A DNA stretch of 51,895 nucleotides, from NCBI GenBank assembly GCA_021432655.1, contig MU271249.1, forward strand, positions 1-51,895. Direction: 5' to 3'. This document shows positions 13,395 through 25,167 of the stretch, in pieces; the first letter of the stretch is position 1, and every line of letters starts with the position of its first letter. The position numbers and the translations under genes are program-made. Under the pieces are notes generated by a model, which was not told the DNA's origin, made no database searches, and worked only from the letters and a program-made list of their open reading frames with translations. The DNA is from Atractiella rhizophila. Lineage: Eukaryota.

Positions 13395-13434
13395 GAGTGC
13401 TGAGTGCTGAGTGCTGAGTGCTGAGTGCTGAGTG
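13395..13434 (+). repeat. Heptamer tandem repeat (GAGTGCT)x5.7
   Basis: Perfect repeats read directly; lies between the minus-strand TATA-like motif (about 13477-13482) and the ATG at 13361. Confidence 0.95.
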
Positions 13435-14475
13435 TGGTTTGCTGCACAAATTGGGAATGGATGTTGAGGAGGCTGCTTTATAGGGATTTGGAGGGAGACT
13501 GAAGAGAGACATGGTCTCTATGACAGGACAGCATCCTACTAGTGAGACTTCTGATGATTGTCAGAAAGGAGAGGGGAAGCTGTTTGGTTGGAGACAGTGC
13601 TGATCATCGGGCAGTCTGAAACATGTCCGGTTGTTCTCACGCCAACGAAATCACAAATTTGGGATCGAAATACAGCTCCAAGGCTCGATTTCGACTTTTC
13701 GAATCCTGGCTAGGATGAATTGCAATTCGCAGATTTGTGAATTGCAATTTTCGGCAGCCAAACGGTACCGTGAATTGCCTGATTAGGGTCCAATTCACGT
13801 CCAATTCATCCCAGCCAAAATTTCAAACTTGGAAGTCGCTAAACAGGCTCTTAGAATCAGTTTTCCTTCTGACAATCATCATAGGATAAACCTGTTCGAT
13901 GCTCTGGTAGTGAGAGTTTACCTAGCTAGTGTGGGTGGTGGTGGACTCTTTCATTCAAGCATTGTAACCGCTATTCTTACCTGGATTTGTCATGCTCATC
14001 AACCACCTGCTGCTTCCCTGATATCTGGATTCCAGTAGCTCATGACGTGAAGTCCCTACCACCAGAAAAATTCGAGAAACATCCCACCTCCAGACAAGTG
14101 TTTGTTTGAATCGAGGAAGATAAAATTGTTTCAGGTCCTCATCTCCTAAGAATAGACTAAATGTCCAGAACACAATCTCAAATCCCAATTTCAGGTCCAT
14201 GACTAGCCTCAGGCCAGACTTCATGCTGCTTGATATTTGGGACAAAAGCTGCTTTGCAAAAAAATTATGTGTATACATATATGAAATCCTTAACAGAACC
14301 AAAGGGGAAAACAACAGTGACGGGGCAATCAGGTGTCGACTTTTACAAACGTTGATGGGAGTCCAGACAGGTGAACACGCCCTGGCCAGGGTGAGGTTCG
14401 GCGATTTACGAAAAGTACAGAAATGTACAACTCGATGTTCGAAAACAGATGAAGTTACTGCACCAAGGAGACATG

Positions 14476-14898
14476 TGTTAGGGCTGACACTATGTATGGT
14501 TGCCGATGGGCGATGCGTCTGTAGTGGAGATAAACCTAAGAGCATGATGTGACATGAGAAGACTAACGTCTAGTGGAGATGAACCTAAGAGAATACTCTA
14601 AGGTCACTTCCACTACTCTCTGATCTATATACAAGCGGAATAACACTGCCACAATGTATAGTAGAGAGCAGATGAAACATGTAAGAGAACTAAAAGGGGA
14701 AAGTGACAGTGGTATTACGAGGGGTTAATAAGAGGAGAATGGACACAATTAGGCTAAGTGGTGATGTATGCGCAAATGGGCAAACAGGCGACCGGGCGCC
14801 GATTTGCACTGCGTGCAAACGGGTGACTGGAGAAGCAGAGTCATGTAGAACGCAAACGGGCGAACTAGGGCCGATTTGCGTAAGATACAAACCTGACA
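14476..14898. mobile_element. LTR (left arm), same family as the solo LTR at 12352
   Basis: TGTTAGGG...ACCTGACA termini; shares the duplicated tagtgga[g]..aacctaagag motifs with the solo LTR; no TSD. Confidence 0.8.
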
Positions 14899-14939
14899 CC
14901 GCTTTGCTGCCGACCACTGCTTTGCAACCTCGTGAAGCC

Positions 14940-16999
14940 AATACCCTGATGATATGGAGGTGGACGCAACAAAGTTCAGACCCCCTCATTGTCAAAGATG
15001 TCAAAAAATCTGACACAAAGAGAAGGAATGCAAGATGTCCGTGAGCAAAGAGCATAGAATATTTTGACACTCGTCTTGTACAACAAGAACGACGATCTAC
15101 ACAAATTGCCGACCAGTCGCTGAAAACGAGCTTGACAGATCTGGATGAGGATTTTTGAGACGGCAATGTGTGAAAGGAGTGTCCCCATCACCGACTCACA
15201 ATTCATTTTCGTCAACTAAAATCACTTCCAACAAAGCGCCGCTTTGCGCAGATTTCCCTTCTCCTGAACATGACTCCCCATTTCCAAAGTTGCATTTTTC
15301 CCTTTTGGAGACAAAGATGTGCAGATGTTGCAAAAATATATGACAAAACCCGCTCATGTTCAACACCCATATCCCTTGTCAGCTCAAAAACGAAACTCAG
15401 AACTGTGTTTCATCATCCAAATTCCCATCATTGACATTGCCACATCGGCACTTGTTGACAGCAGGGCAACCACTTCCTTTATTTCCCAAAACATTTCTGC
15501 ATACAACCTACCCGTCACTCAACTCCCTTCCTCAGTGCCTGTTTACAATATCGACAGATCTCTCAATCGGGGAGGTTCCATCTATTCTGTCACTTATTTA
15601 CCCATTTCCACTGCGCTCATCACAAAGTTTGGCAATTTGTGGTGGCAGAGTTGGGAACGGTTGAGATGATTCTGGGTAATGATTGGTTAAGATACCACAA
15701 CCCAAAGATTAACTGGGTGTTAGGGAAAGTTGAGTTCTCTTGCTGTCCCACCAGTTGCAACATGGTTGATGTGTCTACTACACGCAAACAATTTCCATCG
15801 TTGTCTGCTTTAATACGAGCTGCCATGATGAAATCGCAGAAACTAGCGAAAGACGTGGCGGCGATGGGACCAAAAAATGTTGTCGAAATACCAGCGCAAA
15901 TCACTGACTTTCAGACATTTTTGACGACAAAAATTCAAAACTTCACTTCCTCTCCAGTGACCTTGGGACCATGCCATCAGCCTCAAACCAGAAGCTTGAC
16001 CACATACTGGTCCTGTCTACCCTTGAAGAGAGATGAACAAGCGGCGCTCGACCAATTCATCGATGTGGAACTAAGCGCCGGTCATATACGTCCCAGCACA
16101 GGAGCACATGGCACTTCCATTTTTTTTATGCACAAAAAGGACTCACCTGAACTTCATCCCTTTTTGACTATCACAAGTTGAATGAAGCCACAGCCAAAGA
16201 CAAAACATCACTCCCCATCTGAGCTGACCTCTTGTCCATGGTCTTTGCTGAGAAATTCCCCAGCAAGATTGACCTGAGGAAAGGTTTCAACAATTTGAAC
16301 ATCAAAGATTGAGCAAACACAAGCGATGCGTCACACAAATTGTGGACTTTTCTAACCGTTGGTAACGTATTTTGGACTCTGCAACTCACCAGCAACTTTG
16401 CAGGCATTCCTGAACTTCGCGGGTGATCACTGCTGTGTTCATCTTCATATACATTGACGATATCCCGATTGTGACAGAGACTGAAGAGGAACACTGGGAA
16501 CGTATTCAACAAGTTTGTCAAATTTCACGCGAAAATGGACTTTATGTAAATTTGCCGAAATGTGTTTGGTGTCAAGATGAGGTGGAATATCTAGGTTTGT
16601 CATTTCCAGCAGAGGGATCAAACCAGATCCAGTACAAGTCACAGAAGTGATGGATTGGCCAGAACCAAAAAACATGAAAGAGGTCCAAATGTGCTTCGGC
16701 TTCGCTCACTTCTACCACCACTTTTGCGACAGATTCAGTCACATCGGGCGACCTTTATATGAACTGACAAAAAATGAGGTTTCCTGGGTCTAGGGGTAGA
16801 TCAGCCACATTCGTTACTCACGATTTCAGCGTCCATTTTGGCACATCCTGAACCAACAGGATGATTTTGGCTCAAAATGGACATGTTGAAGTAGCACCGT
16901 TTTGTCGCAAATGAAGTCAGATGACAAGTTTCATCCTCTCAGTTTCGTGTCAAAATCACTCGATGCTGCCCGGAGGAACTATGACACCTATGAGAGGAT
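14940..16999 (+). pseudogene. Ty3/gypsy gag-pol remnant (gag C-terminus, protease, RT, start of RNase H)
   Basis: DMEVDATK; broken zinc knuckle CQRCQKI*HKEKEC; protease ALVDSRATTSFI..YNIDRSLN..MILGNDWLRYHNPKINW; RT HIRPS, KIDLRKGFNN, YIDDI; RNase H FHPLSFVSKSLDAARRNYDTYER; many stops and frameshifts. Confidence 0.93.
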
Positions 17000-18992
17000 G
17001 AAACTTGTCATCTGACTTCATTTGCGACAAAACGGTGCTACTTCAACATGTCCATTTTGAGCCAAAATCATCCTGTTGGTTCAGGATGTGCCAAAATGGA
17101 CGCTGAAATCGTGAGTAACGAATGTGGCTGATCTACCCCTAGACCCAGGAAACCTCATTTTTTGTCAGTTCATATAAAGGTCGCCCGATGTGACTGAATC
17201 TGTCGCAAAAGTGGTGGTAGAAGTGAGCGAAGCCGAAGCACATTTGGACCTCTTTCATGTTTTTTGGTTCTGGCCAATCCATCACTTCTGTGACTTGTAC
17301 TGGATCTGGTTTGATCCCTCTGCTGGAAATGACAAACCTAGATATTCCACCTCATCTTGACACCAAACACATTTCGGCAAATTTACATAAAGTCCATTTT
17401 CGCGTGAAATTTGACAAACTTGTTGAATACGTTCCCAGTGTTCCTCTTCAGTCTCTGTCACAATCGGGATATCGTCAATGTATATGAAGATGAACACAGC
17501 AGTGATCACCCGCGAAGTTCAGGAATGCCTGCAAAGTTGCTGGTGAGTTGCAGAGTCCAAAATACGTTACCAACGGTTAGAAAAGTCCACAATTTGTGTG
17601 ACGCATCGCTTGTGTTTGCTCAATCTTTGATGTTCAAATTGTTGAAACCTTTCCTCAGGTCAATCTTGCTGGGGAATTTCTCAGCAAAGACCATGGACAA
17701 GAGGTCAGCTCAGATGGGGAGTGATGTTTTGTCTTTGGCTGTGGCTTCATTCAACTTGTGATAGTCAAAAAGGGATGAAGTTCAGGTGAGTCCTTTTTGT
17801 GCATAAAAAAAATGGAAGTGCCATGTGCTCCTGTGCTGGGACGTATACGACCGGCGCTTAGTTCCACATCGATGAATTGGTCGAGCGCCGCTTGTTCATC
17901 TCTCTTCAAGGGTAGACAGGACCAGTATGTGGTCAAGCTTCTGGTTTGAGGCTGATGGCATGGTCCCAAGGTCACTGGAGAGGAAGTGAAGTTTTGAATT
18001 TTTGTCGTCAAAAATGTCTGAAAGTCAGTGATTTGCGCTGGTATTTCGACAACATTTTTTGGTCCCATCGCCGCCACGTCTTTCGCTAGTTTCTGCGATT
18101 TCATCATGGCAGCTCGTATTAAAGCAGACAACGATGGAAATTGTTTGCGTGTAGTAGACACATCAACCATGTTGCAACTGGTGGGACAGCAAGAGAACTC
18201 AACTTTCCCTAACACCCAGTTAATCTTTGGGTTGTGGTATCTTAACCAATCATTACCCAGAATCATCTCAACCGTTCCCAACTCTGCCACCACAAATTGC
18301 CAAACTTTGTGATGAGCGCAGTGGAAATGGGTAAATAAGTGACAGAATAGATGGAACCTCCCCGATTGAGAGATCTGTCGATATTGTAAACAGGCACTGA
18401 GGAAGGGAGTTGAGTGACGGGTAGGTTGTATGCAGAAATGTTTTGGGAAATAAAGGAAGTGGTTGCCCTGCTGTCAACAAGTGCCGATGTGGCAATGTCA
18501 ATGATGGGAATTTGGATGATGAAACACAGTTCTGAGTTTCGTTTTTGAGCTGACAAGGGATATGGGTGTTGAACATGAGCGGGTTTTGTCATATATTTTT
18601 GCAACATCTGCACATCTTTGTCTCCAAAAGGGAAAAATGCAACTTTGGAAATGGGGAGTCATGTTCAGGAGAAGGGAAATCTGCGCAAAGCGGCGCTTTG
18701 TTGGAAGTGATTTTAGTTGACGAAAATGAATTGTGAGTCGGTGATGGGGACACTCCTTTCACACATTGCCGTCTCAAAAATCCTCATCCAGATCTGTCAA
18801 GCTCGTTTTCAGCGACTGGTCGGCAATTTGTGTAGATCGTCGTTCTTGTTGTACAAGACGAGTGTCAAAATATTCTATGCTCTTTGCTCACGGACATCTT
18901 GCATTCCTTCTCTTTGTGTCAGATTTTTTGACATCTTTGACAATGAGGGGGTCTGAACTTTGTTGCGTCCACCTCCATATCATCAGGGTATT
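16991..18992 (-). pseudogene. Mirror copy of the Ty3/gypsy gag-pol remnant
   Basis: Reverse complement of 14940-16941 carrying the same disabling mutations. Confidence 0.93.
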
Positions 18993-19033
18993 GGCTTCAC
19001 GAGGTTGCAAAGCAGTGGTCGGCAGCAAAGCGG

Positions 19034-19456
19034 TGTCAGGTTTGTATCTTACGCAAATCGGCCCTAGTTCGCCCGTTTGCGTTCTACATGACTCTGCTTC
19101 TCCAGTCACCCGTTTGCACGCAGTGCAAATCGGCGCCCGGTCGCCTGTTTGCCCATTTGCGCATACATCACCACTTAGCCTAATTGTGTCCATTCTCCTC
19201 TTATTAACCCCTCGTAATACCACTGTCACTTTCCCCTTTTAGTTCTCTTACATGTTTCATCTGCTCTCTACTATACATTGTGGCAGTGTTATTCCGCTTG
19301 TATATAGATCAGAGAGTAGTGGAAGTGACCTTAGAGTATTCTCTTAGGTTCATCTCCACTAGACGTTAGTCTTCTCATGTCATATCATGCTCTTAGGTTT
19401 ATCTCCACTACAGACGCATCGCCCATCGGCAACGGTACATAGTGTGCATCCTAACA
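19034..19456. mobile_element. LTR (right arm)
   Basis: TGTCAGG...CCTAACA; mirror of 14476-14898 with mismatches clustered at the outer end. Confidence 0.8.
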
Positions 19457-20135
19457 TCGACTTGCACAGAAGGTGAATGTTCAACAGGAGATACAAAGAG
19501 GTGACGGGAGTAGAAATAGGAGAACGGGTGCCAATTTACGTAGAATGCAGATGGGCGATAGGAGACGCAAACAGGCAAACAGGACTGATTTGCAGGAGAG
19601 CTAAACCGATACTGCTATAGTGAAGATGATTCTCGGAGCAAAATGTATCAGTTGAGCATCAATCTGTTGAGATCTATGAGAAAGACAATGAGAATGAGGA
19701 AGTCGAGGAACCAACCATGATGATGAGAACACAATCTCTGTCGTACACAATCTGATTGAGGCATGCCCTTTACCTTTCTTTGTATTTGTAGTTGGCTTAA
19801 GGTTAGGTTGTGAGGATATGTATCCTACACCTATTGTCATCAACGGTCAAGTTGCTCCGCTGATACCTATATTACCTGTTCATCCATGATGGCATTATGC
19901 TGCTTCCCATGAACCAATTTTTATAGAGAGATATTTTGTTCAAAACTGAAATTGATTGCAGCATTCCCAAGAAACGCAAAGCAAGCATATTAACCACATG
20001 ATGGTATTTGTCTATGTGCAATCATTGACTGGCTCATCTCTGCATTTCTTGAGCTGAGAGGGAACAAGGGAACAAGGGAACAAGGTTTCAAGCAGAGGTG
20101 AAAACCCTCACGTTTAAGTATACCCCAACGTGAAG

Positions 20136-23100
20136 ATGTCAGCTTTACCACATGATATCGACCAACAATACAGAACAAAAGCGGACAGTGGCTTTGTACT
20201 ATGCCCTTGCGAGCAATGCAGCCATCCAAAGGACAAGAATAGGTTCTTACAACAACGCTCAAGGAAGAGAGATGACCACCTTAAACTGCAGGAAGAATTA
20301 CGTCGCTTCAACCTATCACAGCAGCTGCCTAACTAGGACAAATCTTGCTCAGATATCGATTCCAAAGAGAAGACTGGACAACCAAGAAAAGAAGCAAGAA
20401 AAATGAACAGGAAAGCAAGCCGCCTAACCAGAGCTGAAGCCTCCAATAATCGTGAGGACAAGGTCATGGAGCAACCACGAATCTCAGCAACATTCTCTAA
20501 ATCCAGAGCAGAGGACTTTGCAAGAAGTGCGTTTTTTACAATCTCATACTTACTAACCAAATTGCCTTAGGCTTTAGAAGGCATACAAATGTGGCGGAAG
20601 CACAGTCTCTTTTTATGCTCTATCGAATCCTTTTAGCCTATTTCAGCTACCTCTGTGGAATGAGCCGGACTCATATTACCGTCGCTGCAAAAATAGTCCG
20701 GACTTTGCTTATACTTGCGATTTACCTTGGTATCTCAATCGCTTTAACCATGATTCAATCGACCTCAATATCAGGATCTTCACATTTGCCACTTGAACTT
20801 GACTTTGATCAGCTTTCCTCCATGATCACAACATTTCTTTCTACATTGCCTGTCAATATTCGGACAATCAACTCTCATCTCAACATTGAGCCCAAAATCG
20901 AGCGCACAGTTTGCTGTGGCAAATGCCATCAACGATACCAACTGGGCATGAACACTCCACGAAACTGTATTCGAAGGGAGACAGCTCATAGCAAACCCTG
21001 CAGCGAGTCATTGTTCCGACAACGTCGAGGAAGGAACAAGGGTCCAATACTAGTGCCTAGATACTATTACAGCACACAATCTTTTGAATCATGGTTAACA
21101 TACTTTCTCGCACGAGCTGGGATTGAGCGTCTGTTGAAGAAGTGCCACCCTCCTCGAAAAAATGATAAGATAATCCGAGAGATTTGGGACAGTCCGGCTT
21201 GGAGGACTTTTACAGATTCAAGTGGCATCCCTTATACCGAAAATCCTGATAACTTAGTTTTTGGATTATTTGTGGATTGGTTCAATCCATATCAAAACAA
21301 AATCGCTGGCAAAAAGGCGTCCTCAGGAGTTATTTTACTCGTGTGTATGAATCTGCCCGCAGAAGAAAGATACAAGTTGGAAAATGTTTTCATTCTTGGA
21401 ATTACACCAGGAAGCGAACCGACTGTAACCACGATTAACAACGTTTTGGAGCCGCTGGTCGTGGAGCTTCTCGCTTTGAAAGATGGGAAAACATTTGTAA
21501 CCTCAGACTTCCCAGCTGGAAAGACTTTCCGTGCAAGACTTTGGGTTCTCATCTGCGATCTTCCTGCTATGAGAAAGGTTGCTGGTTTTGCTTCTCATAG
21601 TGCCAACTTATTCTGCTCCTTTTGCTATTTGAAGAAAAAGGACATCGAGATTTGGGATTCATCTAAGTGGAAGCTTCGAACTGCTGAGGAACACCTCATT
21701 GCTGCAAGACATTGGAAAGCCGCTACCACATTTGCTTAACGTGATCAAATCTTCAAAGAATCAGGTGCACGGTATTCATGCCTTCTGGAACTATATGATT
21801 ATTGGGATCCAGTCACCGGAAGCATTATCGGCATCATGCACAACATCTGTGAAGGCTTGTTGTCAAACTATTTTCGCCGAAAGTGGGGTCTTGGAGAGAT
21901 CCAGGTAGTGTCTAAAACGGAAGCTGTCTCGACAAATGATCCACCCCAATCCACTGCTGAGAGCGAAGAAGAAGGACTCTCCGGTGTGCAAGATGAGGAT
22001 GACCTTTACTTCGAGTTTTTGAACGATAGTGAAGACATTCTTGAAGATCTTACTGGTCTTGCAGACGAAGCCGTGGAATATAATCAAAATGGTTTGGCCG
22101 CAACCCAGCTTAGGATGAAATTTTATCGTTTGGCGGGTCTCCAAGTCCCTGAAACTGGTGCAGAAATACTCGACCAGCCGGAAAACTCAGACAACGACGA
22201 TGGGGCAAAGTACCACGACCACGATTGGGTTGAAGGTGCAAGTGACCATGAAAGTGTACCGGATCAAGAAGAGGGAGACGAGGAGCGAGAGTTCAAATCC
22301 AATACCAAGGCTAAAGACAAGTTTCAAGGTATTTTCAGAGGTGAAGAAATGCAATCTGTCAGAGAATGGATCGCTGCGCTTGAGATTCCAACTTGGATCG
22401 AACGGCCTCCAACGAACCTTGGAAGTGCTTCCCATGGCAAATTGAAAGCCGACACTTGGTTTGTTTTATTCACAGTTTGTCTGCCTCTCATTTTGCCGAT
22501 AATCTGGACTGGACGAACTGATCGCACGGAACATTGGAGAAATTTTGCATTTTTAGTTACATTTACCAACATTGCTTGTGCTTATTCTTTGACTGACGAC
22601 CTCATCGATCTTGGAGAGGATGCTTACCGCAAGTTTCGAGAAGGCTGCTTCAAACTCTTTCCTCACTCTCCTTCCGCTCCAAATCATCATTTAGCTGGGC
22701 ACATTCCTCTACTCCAAAGGTTCTGGGGCCCGCTCATGCCACTTTCTGAATGGTCTGGAGAACGAATCATCGGAACTCTCCAGCAGTTTCGGACAAACAA
22801 CAAATTCGGTACGTTGCCATCACCACAAGCTCTGTGCTCACAATGACGGGGGAATAGATGAACTTAATCTCACTATGTTTCGTGAATTTTGCCGTCGTGG
22901 TCGATTCGAGGCTTTCTTAAACGATCCACAGCTGCCAATCAAGCACTCCGCTCTGAAGCACATTCTTCCGAGCACCATCTGCTCTCGAACGTCGTCAATG
23001 TCACTCAATGACGGCACTTTCGTACTGTCAGATGATCAACTTATCAGCTTTCAAAAGCAATCGAAACTTCTCAAAGACTCTGATTACAACTCAATTCTTG

Positions 23101-23621
23101 CGCTCGTTAACAGCGAGTTGCGGCCGCGGAAGAAGCAAAAGCATCATACGATGCTTTCTGAGCGCTTATCTCAGAAAGATATCTGCAACATTTTTGTGCC
23201 ATTTGGCCGATATCTCCAACAGATCTCGTACAAAGGGCGAATGATCAGTTGAAGAGGAAAACACAAAGGCAACAGTGGAGTAATATTCCGAAAAGGGGAT
23301 GCAGAAGAATGGGGAGAAGTTATTGATATCATTCAACACGTGAGGGAGGATGGACAAATTGGTTGGGTATGTGAGGTTTTCCTTCAAGTTTCCATTTATT
23401 CCAACTTCGGCGCACGACATTTATCATTTGACCCATTTCTTAACTTTCCTGGTCTCAAAGCAAAGGCTTTTTACTTTGGTACCAATAGCCGAAAGGAGAT
23501 GATCAAACTCAACCAGGTCAAATCACATCATGCACACATTGCACCACCTTTTGGCACGCTTGGTATCAAAGATGACCGCATAGTTTTAGCAATTGATTTG
23601 GATAGGGGTCATTCTGAATAA
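20136..23621 (+). pseudogene. CACTA/EnSpm transposase (tnp2 / Transposase_21-like), inactivated
   Basis: IWDSPAW, FVDWFNPYQNKIAGK..CMNLPAEERYKLENVFILGITPG, CDLPAMRKVAGFASHSANLFCSFC, YWDPV..MHN, GKLKADTW, PNHHLAGHIP..WGP..EWSGERIIG; in-frame TAA at 21737-21739 and further stops near 23250-23283. Confidence 0.92.
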
Positions 23622-24606
23622 TAGTTTGATTTTTTCATTAGCCTGTTGCTTGCAAAGCAGAATATACAATTTATATGATATTCACCAATCTCGTAGGATG
23701 TCACCATGTCAATTTTAAGATGACTGGTCACCTCCTTCGTGCAGCGCATCATGTCCTCACAGCTTGTATCCCCTAAAGACCAATGCAGACTTCGTCAGCT
23801 GCTGAGTCAAAGACAAGGCTATGGCTACCAGGAACAAGAGGGCATTGAGCTCGAGAATCTTCTCCTGCGTTGAGGACGGTGTCGGGAAGACTCCGATATC
23901 GCGACCGAGTGCTGGGATGGTCTGCCACTATAGGTAAAAGCTCGCCTTGATTGAGTGGGAGGTGAGGCGTACCTTTCAGGCTGGCCAAACCTCCGCAATC
24001 AGTTGCCAGAGGGCCTTGTCGACAGGCCAGACCCAGGCATCATATTCTTCTCATGTTCGCCATGCTGGCACAGTCCAGCCTCTCAGGAGGAGCCGAATTA
24101 TTGATAGCGGTGACCTGCAAGATTGACCTTCCTTTTGTCGCCATGGAGCGTTTGTCGGCGCGGATAAGAGCAGGAGCGGGACGAGGGAGGTTTGGAAGGT
24201 CACAGCTGGATATAGGAAACAGGAGGGGCTTGACTTGGAATGAACCTGCATCTAGCTAGCAATCAAATAAGATAGCGAGAACAAGGTCAAGTTCTCACAG
24301 AAATGGATGCTCTATCTGGGGTGGATCCGTCAACAACGCAGTAAGATACCACATCTGGAGGAGTAATGTCATATTTGGCGGCGAGAATCTACTGAAGTGA
24401 GGGCTTTCGAAGTTGTTCCATCGAGCAGGCAGGGATGGGCACATGCAGGCGATGAAATGCAGGAGCAGCTGCATTCTCGTGGCGCGAAGGACTCCTCAAC
24501 ATACTGTGTGAGCTGGAGGGGATTTTGAAGAAACTAGGGAATTCGAGGAAGAGGACGACGCTTGGCATCTCGATGAGTTGCGGAATCCAACGTTGTGTGA
24601 AGTCGC

Positions 24607-24993
24607 ATGTAGCCGTCAAAACCAGCGAGAGATATGAGGTGCGACAAGGGTGCGATTCACTTGCGGTAGGATTCGGAAATGCGGACACATAAGGGTGGGG
24701 AACTGCTCGAAAAAAGTAAAGCTAACAGTGGAGTGGAGGTGTAATATAATGATGTACTCGCCAAATTCCTCCTCTCCCTCAATCCTGAATCCTGAACCAG
24801 TTCTCTGCTCCGCCAACCATCGTCCGAGCTCTACCCTACGCGGGCTAGCGCCATACCTGGTAGGGCTAGCCTCATGCTCATCAGCGCAGCGACAAGGTCC
24901 TGACATAGTGGCTGGACTCGAACAATTTCGAGTGGCGGAAATAACGTCCGGAGCCGAAAAATCTGGCTCCGGAGCGAATGTTGCCCGTCGTGA
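24607..24993 (-). repeat. Dispersed repeat B (copy 2), solo-LTR-like remnant with conserved hairpin
   Basis: 24930-24993 homologous to 2444-2510; hairpin TCCGGAGCC-gaaaaatct-GGCTCCGGA. The left boundary is a guess. Confidence 0.45.
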
Positions 24994-25167
24994 ATCACGC
25001 GTTAAAACCTGACGAACTAGAAACTGAGAGACCGAAACCTTAATTCTTAATTCTCTTCGGAGGTTACATAGTTGACGGATGCCGTTCTATAAAAGACGTT
25101 TGTCAGACCTTCGCGTTCCACCATCTTACCCTGCCCTACTTCTCCACAATACCACTGCTCTTCAGCT

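Larger units (their letters stand above)
9932..13850. mobile_element. PIF/Harbinger DNA transposon, complete ends, decayed
   Basis: TTA target-site duplication at 9929-9931 and 13851-13853; 12-bp TIRs GAGCCTATTTGG / CTAAACAGGCTC (10/12); convergent DDE transposase and Myb/SANT-like genes. Confidence 0.93.
14476..19456. repeat. Giant palindrome: arms 14476-16941 and 16991-19456, 49-bp spacer
   Basis: All mirrored ORF pairs sum to 33932 (e.g. 14690+19242, 15639+18293); arms are near-identical reverse complements. Confidence 0.98.

Noticed and set aside
13395..13434. CRISPR-like or coding repeat (STQHSAL ORF 12995-13447)
   Set aside because: Spacer-less 7-mer microsatellite in eukaryotic DNA; the peptide repeat is an off-frame by-product.
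14476..16999. Intact 5' LTR-gag-pol element
   Set aside because: The LTR abuts the 3' part of gag with no recognisable PBS or gag N-terminus; no integrase is present.
14471..19461. Palindrome as a TIR (foldback) transposon or an integrase-inserted unit
   Set aside because: No target-site duplication (ACATG vs TCGAC); the arms are decayed gypsy coding sequence.
20060..20085. (GGGAACAA)x3 upstream of tnp2
   Set aside because: Short simple repeat with no supporting context.
23700..24600. Minus-strand short ORFs
   Set aside because: No recognisable domain or consistent exon chain.
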